Source: Clostridiales bacterium (lineage in GTDB: Bacteria > Bacillota > Clostridia > Christensenellales > Aristaeellaceae). Taken from it: 64,000 nt of DNA. Each line of letters opens with the position of its first letter. Position 1 is the stretch's first letter. The stretch covers positions 83,623 to 147,622 of the forward strand of contig SFFH01000001.1 in the NCBI GenBank assembly GCA_004557905.1, given 5' to 3'. Positions 1-9,637 of this stretch are shown one piece after another. The notes beneath the pieces are model-generated. The model was not told where the DNA came from, did not search any database, and saw nothing but the letters and a program-made list of their open reading frames with translations. Both the position numbers and the translations under genes were made by a program.

Positions 1-1
1 C

Positions 2-1678
2 GAGGAGGCCGGCATGGTGAATGTGCAGGCGACGCTCACGATGACGAGCGGCGCCGACGCGGGCCGCGTGCTGGAAACCGTCACTGACGCGACGGGCGCG
101 TACCGCTTTGACGGCGTGACGCCGGGTGACGCGGTGCTGACTTTTGCGCTCCCGGACGGCTATGCGTTTGCGAGGGAGACGGTTGGAACCCGGCGCGTGA
201 GCAGCGTGCCGATGGAGAACGCGCGCACCGCCTCGACGGCTTCCATGATGGTTGCCGCGGGCGACAGCCGCATGGACATCGATGTCGGCGTGGTCGGCGT
301 GGGCACGGTCAGCGGCGTGGTCTGGGAGGACAGCGCCTATGACGGAACCATGGATCAGGACGAGCGAGGCGTGGGCGGCGCGCTGGTGGAGCTGGTGAAT
401 GCCGCCACCGGCGAAACGGCGGGCAGCGCCGAGACGGACGAAAACGGCGGCTATGCGATTGACTTTGTGCGCAGGGGCGAATACGCGCTGCGCGTGACGC
501 TGCCGGGCGGACGGATCTTCACCCGCAGCGGCGAGAGCGCGATCGATCCTGTGGACGGCGATACGGCGCAGACCGGCGCGTTCACGCTGGCAATGGGCGA
601 AAGCAGGGAAGACCTCCGTGTCGGCGCCATCGTTCCGGCGTGCATCGCGGGCCGCATCGTGATTGATCAGAACGGCGACGGTGCGTGCGGCGAGGACGAG
701 CCGGGCCTGGAGGGCGCGGTGGTGACGGCCATGCAGGGCGGTACCGTCGTAGCGACGGCGCATGCGGATGAGACGGGCGCGTTCAGCTTTGACACGCTGC
801 GCCCGGGCACCTACCGCCTGCGCTATGTGCTGGGCGAGGAAGCGTTCTTTGCGGTCGGCGCGCAACTGAACATGACGGACGCGGACGCCCTGGAGGGCGA
901 GACGGGCGAGGTGACGCTGGCCATGGGCGAGTTTGCGCAGGCTGGCGCGGTGCCCGTGGTACTGGCGGGCCGGATGGCCGGACGTGCGTTCGAGGACGCG
1001 AACGTGAACGGCGCGATGGACGCGGGCGAAGCGGCGATGACCGGTGTGAAGGCCGAGCTGCTGAGCGCGGACGGCACGGTGCTGAAGGAAACCCGGGTGG
1101 ACAGCGATGGCCGCTACGCCTTTGAACGGCTGCGCGCGGGCACGTACAGCGTGCGCTTCACGCTGGATACCGGGATGCTCTTTACCGATTACACGGGCTG
1201 CGAGGGCGATTCCTGTGTGCCGGTGGTCGACGGCAGCGTGGGCGCGACGAACGCGATTGCGCTGGCCATGGGCGAGGAAAGGGACAGCCTGAACGTGGGC
1301 GGCATCCTGCCGGGCAGGATCGGCGACACGGTCTGGCATGACAAGAACGGCAACGGCCTGCAGGACTACAAGGAGCCGCTGCTTGCGGACGTGCCGCTGA
1401 CGCTGCTTTATGTGAATGCGGACGGCACGATGACGGAAACCGCGACGACGAGAAGCGACAAATTCGGTTACTACGCCTTTGACGCGCTGCGCCCGGGCAC
1501 CTATGTGCTGCGGCTTGACGCGCGCGAGGGCGACACGCTGACCTCCTGCTTCGGCGCGCCGCTGGGCGAAATCGACAGCGATCTTGACCCGGAGACGGGC
1601 ATGAGCGCGCCGATTGCGCTGAAGTCCGGTCAGACGCTGCTGAATGTCGACGTGGGCCTGACAGACTACGCCAGATAA
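2..1678 (+). CDS. Surface-protein fragment with at least 5 tandem SdrD-B-like/Cna-B-type (carboxypeptidase-regulatory-like) repeats; 5' end probably cut by the window edge
   Basis: About 110-aa units recur with the signature 'D.nG.Y.F..LrpGtY.lr'. The frame is open to the window start, and the Met at 14 lies inside a repeat. There is no LPXTG motif at the C-terminus. Confidence 0.7.
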   Translation, partial: EEAGMVNVQATLTMTSGADAGRVLETVTDATGAYRFDGVTPGDAVLTFALPDGYAFARETVGTRRVSSVPMENARTASTASMMVAAGDSRMDIDVGVVGVGTVSGVVWEDSAYDGTMDQDERGVGGALVELVNAATGETAGSAETDENGGYAIDFVRRGEYALRVTLPGGRIFTRSGESAIDPVDGDTAQTGAFTLAMGESREDLRVGAIVPACIAGRIVIDQNGDGACGEDEPGLEGAVVTAMQGGTVVATAHADETGAFSFDTLRPGTYRLRYVLGEEAFFAVGAQLNMTDADALEGETGEVTLAMGEFAQAGAVPVVLAGRMAGRAFEDANVNGAMDAGEAAMTGVKAELLSADGTVLKETRVDSDGRYAFERLRAGTYSVRFTLDTGMLFTDYTGCEGDSCVPVVDGSVGATNAIALAMGEERDSLNVGGILPGRIGDTVWHDKNGNGLQDYKEPLLADVPLTLLYVNADGTMTETATTRSDKFGYYAFDALRPGTYVLRLDAREGDTLTSCFGAPLGEIDSDLDPETGMSAPIALKSGQTLLNVDVGLTDYAR

Positions 1679-1695
1679 GATAAGCAAACCCAAAC

Positions 1696-1728
1696 AGCCC
1701 CATACAGACCGATGGTCTGTATGGGGCT
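1696..1728 (+). terminator. Stem-loop downstream of the surface-protein gene
   Basis: Perfect hairpin agccccatacagacc-gat-ggtctgtatggggct. The downstream T-run is weak. A near-identical copy lies at 5217-5252. Confidence 0.5.
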
Positions 1729-1761
1729 TACTGCAATCATCACTTATTTTTGCAAATCGTA

Positions 1762-1790
1762 TTGACAGAAACTGGAAAGCACGCTATACT
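1762..1790 (+). promoter_or_regulatory. Sigma-A type promoter of the GntR/ABC operon
   Basis: TTGACA (1762-1767), 17-nt spacer, TATACT (1785-1790). Confidence 0.6.
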
Positions 1791-1793
1791 TCA

Positions 1794-1817
1794 ACTGTAC
1801 TAGACGTACTAATACAG
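1794..1817 (+). promoter_or_regulatory. Candidate GntR (YtrA-type) operator
   Basis: actGTACTAgacGTACTAatacag: a GTACTA direct repeat inside a ctgta/tacag inverted pair. It sits just downstream of the -10 element. Confidence 0.3.
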
Positions 1818-1841
1818 ACAAAACAGAAAGGAGGCATTCAG

Positions 1842-2219
1842 GTGTTCCTTGTGAATCCAAAGAGCAAGCAGCCGATCTATGAACAGCTGGTGGAGCAGCT
1901 GCGCAGGCAGCTGTTTCTGGGCATTGTAAAGGCCGGACAGGCGCTGCCCTCTGTGCGGCAGCTGGCCACCGACCTGGGCATCAATCCCAACACCATTCAG
2001 AAGGCGTATCGCCGCATGGAAGCAGAAGGGATGATCATTTCAGTGCCGGGAAAGGGCAGCTTTATCAGCGATGATCTGGCTGACATGCTGAAGAAACAGC
2101 GCGACGAGCAGATGGAAAAAACCAGAATGCAAATCAGGACTTGCCGCGACATGGGTTTGGATAAACAACTGATTGAAAAGCTTACAGACGAAATTTACAG
2201 GGAGGGAGACCCATGCTGA
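1842..2219 (+). CDS. GntR-family (YtrA-like) transcriptional regulator
   Basis: Winged-HTH signature 'LPSVRQLATDLGINPNTIQKAYRRMEAEGMI'. GTG start 7 nt after AAAGGAGG. The short 125-aa size is typical of the YtrA subfamily. Confidence 0.85.
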   Translation: MFLVNPKSKQPIYEQLVEQLRRQLFLGIVKAGQALPSVRQLATDLGINPNTIQKAYRRMEAEGMIISVPGKGSFISDDLADMLKKQRDEQMEKTRMQIRTCRDMGLDKQLIEKLTDEIYREGDPC

Positions 2220-3100
2220 TGGTGAAGGAGCTCAGCAAGCGCTTCGGGATGAAGCAGGCGATTGCCGATCTTTCTTTGACGCTGGAGGAAGGGCATATCT
2301 TTGGGCTGCTGGGCACAAACGGAGCGGGAAAGAGCACGCTGCTGCGCGTGATGGGCGGTATTCTGCGCGCCGATACGGGAAGCGTATGCCTGGATGAGGC
2401 GTCCGTCTATGAAAATCCCGCGGCGAAGCGGAAAATCTGTTATCTGAGCGATGAACCGACCTTTCTTTCCGGCGCCAGCCTGGCCGAAATGGGGCGGATG
2501 CAGGCGGCGTATTATCCGGAATACAGCGAGAGCAAGCTCAGGGCGCTCTGCGAACGGTTTGCGCTGCCGATGAACGAACGGATCACCAGCTTCTCCAAGG
2601 GCACGCAGAAGCGCGCGCAGATCTGCCTGGGCCTTTCGCTCAATCCGCGGGTGCTGCTCTGCGACGAAACCTTTGACGGGCTCGACCCGGTGATGCGCGA
2701 CAGCTTCAAGCGCGTGCTCAGCGAGGAAACCGTGGACCGGGGCCTGATCACGGTGCTGGCCGGACACAACCAGCAGGAGATGGAGGACATCTGCGACAGC
2801 GTGGGCTTCCTGCACGAGGGCAGGCTGGTCTGCAGCGGCGATCTGGACGCGCTGCTGAGGGACGTTCACCGCGTGCAGCTGATTCCGACCGATGAAACCA
2901 CGGACGAAGCCCTCGCGGCCCTCAGCCCCCTGCGTATGCAGCGGCAGGGCAGGCTTTACATGATGACGTTCAGGGGCGACCGGGAGCAGCTGGAGCAGAA
3001 GCTCTCAGCGCTCCAGCCGCTGTTCATGGAATTCCTGCCGCTGTCGCTGGAGGAAGTCTTTATCCTGGAAATGGAGGATCGTGGATATGCGCAGCACTAA
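2213..3100 (+). CDS. ABC transporter ATP-binding protein
   Basis: Walker A 'GTNGAGKST', an 'FSKGTQKR' signature-like motif and Walker B 'LLCDETFDGLD'. It overlaps the GntR stop codon. Confidence 0.9.
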   Translation: MLMVKELSKRFGMKQAIADLSLTLEEGHIFGLLGTNGAGKSTLLRVMGGILRADTGSVCLDEASVYENPAAKRKICYLSDEPTFLSGASLAEMGRMQAAYYPEYSESKLRALCERFALPMNERITSFSKGTQKRAQICLGLSLNPRVLLCDETFDGLDPVMRDSFKRVLSEETVDRGLITVLAGHNQQEMEDICDSVGFLHEGRLVCSGDLDALLRDVHRVQLIPTDETTDEALAALSPLRMQRQGRLYMMTFRGDREQLEQKLSALQPLFMEFLPLSLEEVFILEMEDRGYAQH

Positions 3101-4190
3101 AGGCAATGCCACACGTTTTCTGCTCAGGCGCAATCTGTTTATCGGCGTGATCGTCTTTCTGATTGCGTTTTACATGATGCCGGTGTGGGGGCTTTCCCAT
3201 CTTCCCAATGCCGGAACGCTGGCGAAGGATTCCCTGACATCGGAGATGATGGCGGCGGAGATCGCGGCGACTGTGTCCACCCGGGTGATGACCGATCCGC
3301 TGAATCTGGAAATGATGGTGATCCTCTACGGCGGACTGGGCTTCATGACGGCCATGATGCTCATGAGGCATCTGTTCAGCCGCAGGCAGAGCATGCTGCA
3401 GGCCGCGCTGCCCGACAGGCGCGAGACGGATTTTCTGCGCCGGTGTGTCGGCTATGCGGTGCTGTGCCTTGCGCCGATTCTGATCAACTTCCTGCTGTAC
3501 CTGCTGGTGGTGGCGGCCAACGGCCTGATGGACGCTGTGATGTGGGACAGGCTGCTGCCGAAGTTCGGCAGGCTGCTGCTCATCAATTTCTACGGCTTTG
3601 CGATGGGCATGCTCTCCAGCGTGCTGACGGGCACCTGGTGGGCGGCGCTGCTGATGGGCGCCGTGCTGATCGTGGGCGCGGAGGGCCTGGCTGTGCTGTG
3701 GCATCACATCGCGGCGCAGTATCTGCACACCTGGGTTCGGACAACCCTGACCGACGCGCTGGCGAACCTGTCTCCTGCGTTTACGCTGTACAAGGGCTTC
3801 TACCGCCCGGCGGAGTATGGCTGCTGGCCCGGCACCGTCGCGGCGGTGCTGGCGCTGGCGCTCAGTCTCCTGCTGTATCGCGTCCGAAAGACGGAGCGGG
3901 CCGAGCGGACGCTGGCTTTTGACGGGCTGCAGCCGGTGCTGAGCGTGGTGCTTTCGCTGATGGGCGGCACCATTCTGGGCATCGTGCTCATGCTCTCCTT
4001 CACCACGGACATCAGCCTCATCGTCGGCATGGTGCTGGGCGCGGTGCTGACCTTCTGGGTCTGCCGGATCGTGTTTGCTCAGCGCCTGTGCGGCATCCTC
4101 CGGCATTGGGCCTTGCCCGCGGTGTCGGCTGCGGTGCTGGTGCTCGGCTGGGCGGTGCTGTACACCGACGCGCTGAGCGCGGGGCACTGA
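3087..4190 (+). CDS. Multi-pass membrane protein (putative permease partner of the ABC ATPase)
   Basis: Many hydrophobic helices. ATG at 3087 lies 8 nt after GGAGGA (the track gives a GTG at 3081). It overlaps the ATPase stop codon. Confidence 0.7.
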   Translation: MRSTKGNATRFLLRRNLFIGVIVFLIAFYMMPVWGLSHLPNAGTLAKDSLTSEMMAAEIAATVSTRVMTDPLNLEMMVILYGGLGFMTAMMLMRHLFSRRQSMLQAALPDRRETDFLRRCVGYAVLCLAPILINFLLYLLVVAANGLMDAVMWDRLLPKFGRLLLINFYGFAMGMLSSVLTGTWWAALLMGAVLIVGAEGLAVLWHHIAAQYLHTWVRTTLTDALANLSPAFTLYKGFYRPAEYGCWPGTVAAVLALALSLLLYRVRKTERAERTLAFDGLQPVLSVVLSLMGGTILGIVLMLSFTTDISLIVGMVLGAVLTFWVCRIVFAQRLCGILRHWALPAVSAAVLVLGWAVLYTDALSAGH

Positions 4191-4234
4191 CCGCCATTTC
4201 CTACGTCCCGAGGGTATATGATACAGGCGAGCGC

Positions 4235-5194
4235 GTGACGCTGACCGGTGAAGAGGCGCTGGACGCTGCGTACGACTGGTGCACGCTGATGCGGGACGAG
4301 GTAAACGACTACGACGACGGCACGCCCGCGAGCAGCATGTACAGCGGCAGCGATGTGATCGTGACCTACCAGATGGGCAGCCGCAGGGTGTACCGCCATT
4401 ATCCCAACAATGCCATGCGGACTGAGGCGCAGGACAGCCTGAAGCGCGTGATCGAGAGCGACGATTACAGGCAGAGCATGATCGATCAATACCAGCTCGA
4501 TTCCGGATATGTTTCGCAGCTGTTCATCAGTACCGTGAACGCTGTCCTGGATCAGGATGCCTTCTTTGAGAAGTTCAATATCCGCATGCTGTACAGAAGC
4601 TATGAACGACAGAAGGACGGCGTGGTGATCGATCTGCTGATGGAGGCGCTCAGGCAGGATATCCTCAATCGTACGCTCGAGGACAAACAGGAAATGCCCC
4701 TTCTGGAGGTTGATCTCCAAATTAATTTGCCGGATTCCAATGTATCCTTTGAGCAGGTGAGCATTTATCCCGGAGACGAGCATTTCCTGAATGCCCTCTT
4801 TGGCGAACAGGCGGAAGAGGTGGTGCGCTACGCGTCCGGCGGCTTTGCGGAAAATGACGACATTGTCGTGCTCAAGGTGGACTACACGCAGACCTATGCG
4901 GAAATCCGGCAGTCCGCAGCGGATCTGCGGGAGATTGTGGCGTCGGTCACGCCGGCCCACACGCCGGAGGAAGCCAGGCAGTGGATGGCCAAGGCGCAGG
5001 AAACCTCTGCGGATCAGCGCTACTACATGCCTTACCGCGAGGACAAGCCGCTCAGTCGCCTGGTTGTCTACCAGATGAGCATGGTGGAAAAGTATGCGCA
5101 CTTCTATGGCTACAAGGTGCCGCAGGACAAGGCGGCGCTCTACGCCAATCCCGAGATTTCGCCAATGATGATGCTGGATTATGTCGGGGACTGA
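4235..5194 (+). CDS. Soluble (probably extracytoplasmic) domain protein; likely the 3' part of the preceding permease gene, separated by a 1-nt frameshift
   Basis: This frame is open from 4088 and overlaps the end of the permease ORF. No RBS or convincing start lies near the junction; the first in-frame starts are GTG 4235 and ATG 4289. Confidence 0.5.
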   Translation: MTLTGEEALDAAYDWCTLMRDEVNDYDDGTPASSMYSGSDVIVTYQMGSRRVYRHYPNNAMRTEAQDSLKRVIESDDYRQSMIDQYQLDSGYVSQLFISTVNAVLDQDAFFEKFNIRMLYRSYERQKDGVVIDLLMEALRQDILNRTLEDKQEMPLLEVDLQINLPDSNVSFEQVSIYPGDEHFLNALFGEQAEEVVRYASGGFAENDDIVVLKVDYTQTYAEIRQSAADLREIVASVTPAHTPEEARQWMAKAQETSADQRYYMPYREDKPLSRLVVYQMSMVEKYAHFYGYKVPQDKAALYANPEISPMMMLDYVGD

Positions 5195-5216
5195 TCAAAA
5201 CCGACCGGCAGCACAA

Positions 5217-5252
5217 AAGCCCCATGCAGACCGGTGGTCTGCATGGGGCTTT
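5217..5252. terminator. Bidirectional stem-loop between convergent genes
   Basis: aagccccatgcagacc-ggt-ggtctgcatggggctt, flanked by aaaa on one side and tt..tt on the other. Confidence 0.6.
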
Positions 5253-5269
5253 GCTTCATTATGGGAGGA

Positions 5270-6127
5270 TCAGAGCTGCACCTGACCGGCGACGGCCGCG
5301 GCGGCGTCCGCCATCAGCGGATTGTCCACGGTCTCGATCAGGCCCGCGTCGCACAGGGCGGCGGCGGTGGGATCAAACGGCAGCTGCGCGAGCACCGGCA
5401 GGCCCAGCTGCGCGGCCTCCTCGGCGATGCGGGACTTGCCGAAGAGCTCGATCTTCTTGCCGCAGTCCGGGCAGAGGGCATAAGCCATGTTTTCCACCAG
5501 GCCCAGCACCGGGATGTTCATCATGCCGGCCATGTTGACGGCCTTGCGCACGATCATGCCGACCAGATCCTGTGGAGTGGAGACGACCACCACGCCGCTG
5601 AGCGGAATGCTCTGGAACACGGTCAGCGGCACGTCGCCGGTTCCCGGAGGCATGTCGATCACCATCACGTCCAGCTCGCCCCAGAAGACCTCCTCCCAGA
5701 ACTGCTTGACCGCGCCGGCGATGACCGGGCCGCGCCAGATGACGGGGGAATCGTCGTTTTCCAGCAGCAGGTTGATGCTCATGACCTTGACGCCGGTGTC
5801 CGTCTCGGCGGGGTAGATGTACTCGCCGTCGCCCATGGCCTTCTCCGTGATGCCGAACATCTTGGGGATGGACGGGCCGGTGATGTCGGCGTCCAGCACG
5901 CCGACGCGGTAGCCCATGCGCGAGAGCATGACGGCTAGCTCGCCGGCGACCAGCGACTTGCCCACGCCGCCCTTGCCGCTGACCACGCCGATGACCTTGC
6001 GCACCTTCGGCTGCGGCTTGGGCGCTTCCTCTTCGGGCGCTGCGTTCTTGTTATGGCTGCATCCGGCGCAGGCGGGCTTGGTGCCGCACTCGCTGGGCGC
6101 GCAGCCCTGGTTCAGTTCCTCAGACAC
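5270..6127 (-). CDS. Mrp/NBP35 (ApbC-type) Fe-S cluster carrier ATPase
   Basis: 'GKGGVGKS' deviant Walker A, a 'CPDCG' motif and an N-terminal Cys-rich stretch. GTG start follows AAAGGAG. The 724-aa track ORF is an upstream artefact. Confidence 0.9.
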   Translation of the reverse strand: MSEELNQGCAPSECGTKPACAGCSHNKNAAPEEEAPKPQPKVRKVIGVVSGKGGVGKSLVAGELAVMLSRMGYRVGVLDADITGPSIPKMFGITEKAMGDGEYIYPAETDTGVKVMSINLLLENDDSPVIWRGPVIAGAVKQFWEEVFWGELDVMVIDMPPGTGDVPLTVFQSIPLSGVVVVSTPQDLVGMIVRKAVNMAGMMNIPVLGLVENMAYALCPDCGKKIELFGKSRIAEEAAQLGLPVLAQLPFDPTAAALCDAGLIETVDNPLMADAAAAVAGQVQL

Positions 6128-6247
6128 GGAAATTACTCCTTTCGATCGGGCCCAAACTCTGCTATAATGATCAGGAGATGGGTTTTGCCCGAGAGATACG
6201 TCTAATATGATAACACGATTCAGAAAAAATGCAAGGGTGCGTGGAGA

Positions 6248-7408
6248 ATGAAGAGAAGAATGATTTTGCGGCGGTTCCGGCATATGTGTGCGCTGGCCGC
6301 ATTGCTTGTGTGCATGAGCGCGCGGGCGCTGGCCTACGACGGCGCGGCGGCATGGCGCTGGATGGAGCAGTTTGCGCAGGCGCTTGAAGCGTTTGTCCCG
6401 CTGAACGACGCGGAGCAGACGAGCGACCCCGCGCGGGCCGGGCAGTATCTGATCGAGTACGAATTCGGTACGGTGCTCGCCAGCGTGCCGGAGACGCCCG
6501 TTGCGCAGGAGATTCTGGAGATCGACGTGCGGACCGGGCAGGTGACGGACTGCCGCGGTGTGCGCGTGGGCATGGGGCTGGAGGCAGCGCTGGGCGATGC
6601 TGCGGTCGGCGCATCGGATTCGGCGCTGGTTGTGCTCTCCACGCAGGAGGCGGACTGCGGCTGGAGCTGGGCATACGTCGGCGAAGGCGGCGTGTACGGC
6701 GTGGAGTACATCGCCTATGCGGAAAGAGAACGCGGCTTGACGGAGTACACGCTGACGTATGTGCTTGAGGACGGCGTGATCACAGCCATCCGCTTGAAGA
6801 CGGCCGGCGCGACGCCCGCGCAGGCGCAGGACGGCCTGAAGACGGCACAGGAGATTCAGGAAAAACAGAACAGAGAACGGATTGCGCTGCGCAATGGAGA
6901 ACCGGTTTTCAGCCGGAGCGATCTGCAGGTGCAGGGCGGGGCGGCGCTCGGCGTGCCCGTTGCTAGCCTGATCGCCCGCATGGGCGAGCCGCAGGAGGTG
7001 CAGACGCTGCCGCAGGCGCAGGGACGCCTTCTGCTCTATGACGGCGCGGCGGTTCGCCTGGCGTTCAACGAGGCGACCGGCGAGGAGATCGTGCGGGGCG
7101 TGAGCGTGCGCAGCGCGGCGATTGCGGGCCCGCGCGGCCTGACGGTCGGTATGCCGGTGCAGACGGCGGCGGGCCTGTTCGCCTGCGAGGCGGACGTGAC
7201 CGCCCGCGGCGGCACGCTGTATCTGGCGGGCGAGGCCGAGGGCGAAGCGCCTTACGGCGAGGCGGTCGTCTCGGGGACGGAGCTGCTGCTGCGCTACGCC
7301 TGCGAGACGGACGGCGGAGAGGTCGCGCTGCTGGAGGCGGGCATTGCGGACGGCACGGTGGCTTACTGGTCGCTGTCCTATGAGGCGGACGCACAGGGAG
7401 GAATGTGA
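6248..7408 (+). CDS. Secreted hypothetical protein
   Basis: Signal-peptide-like N-terminus 'MKRRMILRRF..ALAALLVCMSARALA'. High GC3. Stop/start coupled to the next gene. Confidence 0.65.
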   Translation: MKRRMILRRFRHMCALAALLVCMSARALAYDGAAAWRWMEQFAQALEAFVPLNDAEQTSDPARAGQYLIEYEFGTVLASVPETPVAQEILEIDVRTGQVTDCRGVRVGMGLEAALGDAAVGASDSALVVLSTQEADCGWSWAYVGEGGVYGVEYIAYAERERGLTEYTLTYVLEDGVITAIRLKTAGATPAQAQDGLKTAQEIQEKQNRERIALRNGEPVFSRSDLQVQGGAALGVPVASLIARMGEPQEVQTLPQAQGRLLLYDGAAVRLAFNEATGEEIVRGVSVRSAAIAGPRGLTVGMPVQTAAGLFACEADVTARGGTLYLAGEAEGEAPYGEAVVSGTELLLRYACETDGGEVALLEAGIADGTVAYWSLSYEADAQGGM

Positions 7409-7409
7409 T

Positions 7410-7997
7410 ATGGAACAGCCTGACGAGCGCTTTGTGCTGCGCAATGCGCGCTGCCTGGCGGCGGACTACATGACGCGCGCCGTCCGGGCGGGCGACACCG
7501 TCGTGGACGCGACGATGGGCAACGGCAAGGACACGCTGTTTCTGTGCGGGTTGGTCGGCGAGAGCGGCTATGTGTACGCGTTTGACGTGCAGGCGGAGGC
7601 TGTGGCGCGCACGCGGGAACGGGTCGCGGAGGCGGGCTATGCCTCGCGCACGACGCTTCTGCTGGCGGGGCATGAGACAATGGCGGAGCACGTCGCCGGC
7701 CCGGTGCAGGCGGTCATGTTCAACCTCGGGTGGCTGCCGGGCGCGGAACACATCGTGACCACGAGGACGGACACCACATTGGCGGCGGTGCAGGCGGCGA
7801 CGGCGCTCATCGTGCCGGGCGGCATCGTGACGGTGTGCGTGTACCCCGGCCATGAGGAGGGCGCGCGCGAGCTGGAGGCGCTCCGGCAGTTCGCCGCCGG
7901 GCTGGATGTGCGCCGCTTCAACGTCCTGCATCACAGATTCGTGAATGCGTCTTCACAGACCCCGCAGCTGTTTCTCATCCAGAAAAACAAATCCTGA
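7410..7997 (+). CDS. mnmM: Class I SAM-dependent methyltransferase of the YtqB/MnmM family (tRNA mnm5s2U methyltransferase type)
   Basis: 'VVDATMGNGKDTLFL..GYVYAFDVQ..AVMFNLGWLPG' matches B. subtilis YtqB as I remember it. ATG at 7410 follows GGGAGG. Confidence 0.8.
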   Translation: MEQPDERFVLRNARCLAADYMTRAVRAGDTVVDATMGNGKDTLFLCGLVGESGYVYAFDVQAEAVARTRERVAEAGYASRTTLLLAGHETMAEHVAGPVQAVMFNLGWLPGAEHIVTTRTDTTLAAVQAATALIVPGGIVTVCVYPGHEEGARELEALRQFAAGLDVRRFNVLHHRFVNASSQTPQLFLIQKNKS

Positions 7998-8158
7998 CAA
8001 AAGTTTTTGTTAAGATTTTCACTTTTTTACGTTTTTTGAAAAAAGAGGCAGGAATAGGGAGAATTCTGTTGAATCAAGGAAACGGGAAAAATTGTATCTG
8101 ACTTCAACGGCTCCGGCCCGAGAAGCTGGACCCATATGATTACGGAGGCGATAGTTGA

Positions 8159-9619
8159 ATGAGCACCCTTCAGGATCTCAATCAGGTGCTCTCACGCAAG
8201 CAGGACATTCTTGAGAATGCTGTGGGCGTTGAGAAGATCAAGAAGAGCGGCAAGCTCACCGCGCGCGAGCGCGTGAATCTGCTGCTGGACGACGGCAGCT
8301 TCATGGAGCAGGCGATGCTTCAGAGCGACGCCGGCGTCGTGACGGGCTCCGGCACGGTGGATGGCCGCCCGGTGTACGTGGTCGCGCAGGATTTCGCCGT
8401 GATGGACGGCGCCGTCGGCGCGAAGCAGGCGAAGAAGATCGTCAAGGTTCTCAAGCTGGCCCGCAAGACCGGCACCCCGGTCGTGCTGATGGCCGACAGC
8501 AACGGCGCGCGCGTGGGCGAGGGCGCGGCTGCGCTTGAGGCGTATACCGATATCTTCGCACACATGGCCCGTCTCTCCGGCGTGGTGCCGATGATCGCGA
8601 TGGTTCTCGGTCCGTGCGTCGGCGCTGCGGCGATGATGGCGGAGCTGTCCGACCTGGTGATCGTGGCCAAGGAGGGCGCGCTGCTGTGCGCCGGCCCGCA
8701 GGTCCTCTCCGCGACCATGGGCAAGGACGTCATGAAGGCGACCGAGCTGGGCGGCGCGAAGATCGCCGTGGAGAACGGCGCCGCGCACTTTGCCTGCGAT
8801 ACCGAGGAAGAGGCCGTGGCCACCGCCAGGAAGCTGCTGGGCGTGCTGCCGGCCAACAACCTCGAGGATGCGCCCTTCTCCGCCGAGGAGGACATGAACC
8901 GCGCACTGACCGGTCTTGCCGCGGGCGCGGACGGCATGGACGTCATCAATGCGATGGCTGACGCCGGTTCCGTGATCGAAGCCGGCAAGGGCTACACCGG
9001 CGCCGCGACGGCCTTCGGCAAGCTGGCCGGCCGCACCGTGGCGTTCGTCTACACCGGCAAGGGCGACACCTGCGACAAGCGCATGCAGAAGATCGCCCGC
9101 TTCGTCCGCTTCGCGGATTGCTACAACATCCCGGTCGTGTCCCTGATCGACTCCACCGGCCTTGAGCTCTTCAAGACCGTCGACCGTCAGCTGAACGTCG
9201 TCAAGGCCGCCTCCAAGCTGGTCTACGCGTACAGCGAGGCCACCACCGTGAAGGTGTCCGTGGTGATCGGCAACGCCATTGGCGCGGCTTACGTCGCCAT
9301 GGGCGGCAGCGCCAACGCCGATGCGACCTACGCCTGGCCGGGCACCTGCATCAGCCCGCTGACCGGCGAAGCCGCGATTGCGATCTGGGGCAAGGACGAC
9401 ATCAAGAACAGCAAGGGCGATGCGGTTGCCGCGCGCAAGGAGCTGGCTGCCAGGTATGAGGCCGAGGTTGCCGACGGCGTGAATGCCGCGATCGAAGGCC
9501 TGGTCGACGACGTCATCGATCCGGCCGACACCCGCAAGATGGTGATCGCCGCGCTGGAGCTGATGAGCAGCAAGCGCGATTCCAACCCGCCCAAGAAGCA
9601 CGGCAACATGCCGCTGTAA
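8159..9619 (+). CDS. Acyl-CoA carboxyltransferase (12S-type; methylmalonyl-CoA / glutaconyl-CoA decarboxylase alpha-like)
   Basis: N-terminus 'KIKKSGKLTARERVNLLLDDGSF'. The overall layout is the duplicated crotonase-like carboxyltransferase fold. Confidence 0.85.
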   Translation: MSTLQDLNQVLSRKQDILENAVGVEKIKKSGKLTARERVNLLLDDGSFMEQAMLQSDAGVVTGSGTVDGRPVYVVAQDFAVMDGAVGAKQAKKIVKVLKLARKTGTPVVLMADSNGARVGEGAAALEAYTDIFAHMARLSGVVPMIAMVLGPCVGAAAMMAELSDLVIVAKEGALLCAGPQVLSATMGKDVMKATELGGAKIAVENGAAHFACDTEEEAVATARKLLGVLPANNLEDAPFSAEEDMNRALTGLAAGADGMDVINAMADAGSVIEAGKGYTGAATAFGKLAGRTVAFVYTGKGDTCDKRMQKIARFVRFADCYNIPVVSLIDSTGLELFKTVDRQLNVVKAASKLVYAYSEATTVKVSVVIGNAIGAAYVAMGGSANADATYAWPGTCISPLTGEAAIAIWGKDDIKNSKGDAVAARKELAARYEAEVADGVNAAIEGLVDDVIDPADTRKMVIAALELMSSKRDSNPPKKHGNMPL

Positions 9620-9637
9620 TCAGGGGAGGATAAAGAC

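Noticed and set aside
14-16. ATG at 14 preceded by GAGGAGG as the true start of the first gene
   Set aside because: This Met sits in the middle of a repeat unit, at a position equivalent to 'LEGAVVTAM' and 'MTGVKAELL' in later repeats. It has no signal peptide, and the frame is open to the window edge. The gene is most likely truncated at its 5' end.
5270-7444. 724-aa minus-strand ORF
   Set aside because: Only the C-terminal 285 aa (5270-6127) look like a protein (Mrp/ApbC) and have an RBS plus GTG start. The remainder is Arg/Ala-rich antisense of the plus-strand gene 6248-7408.
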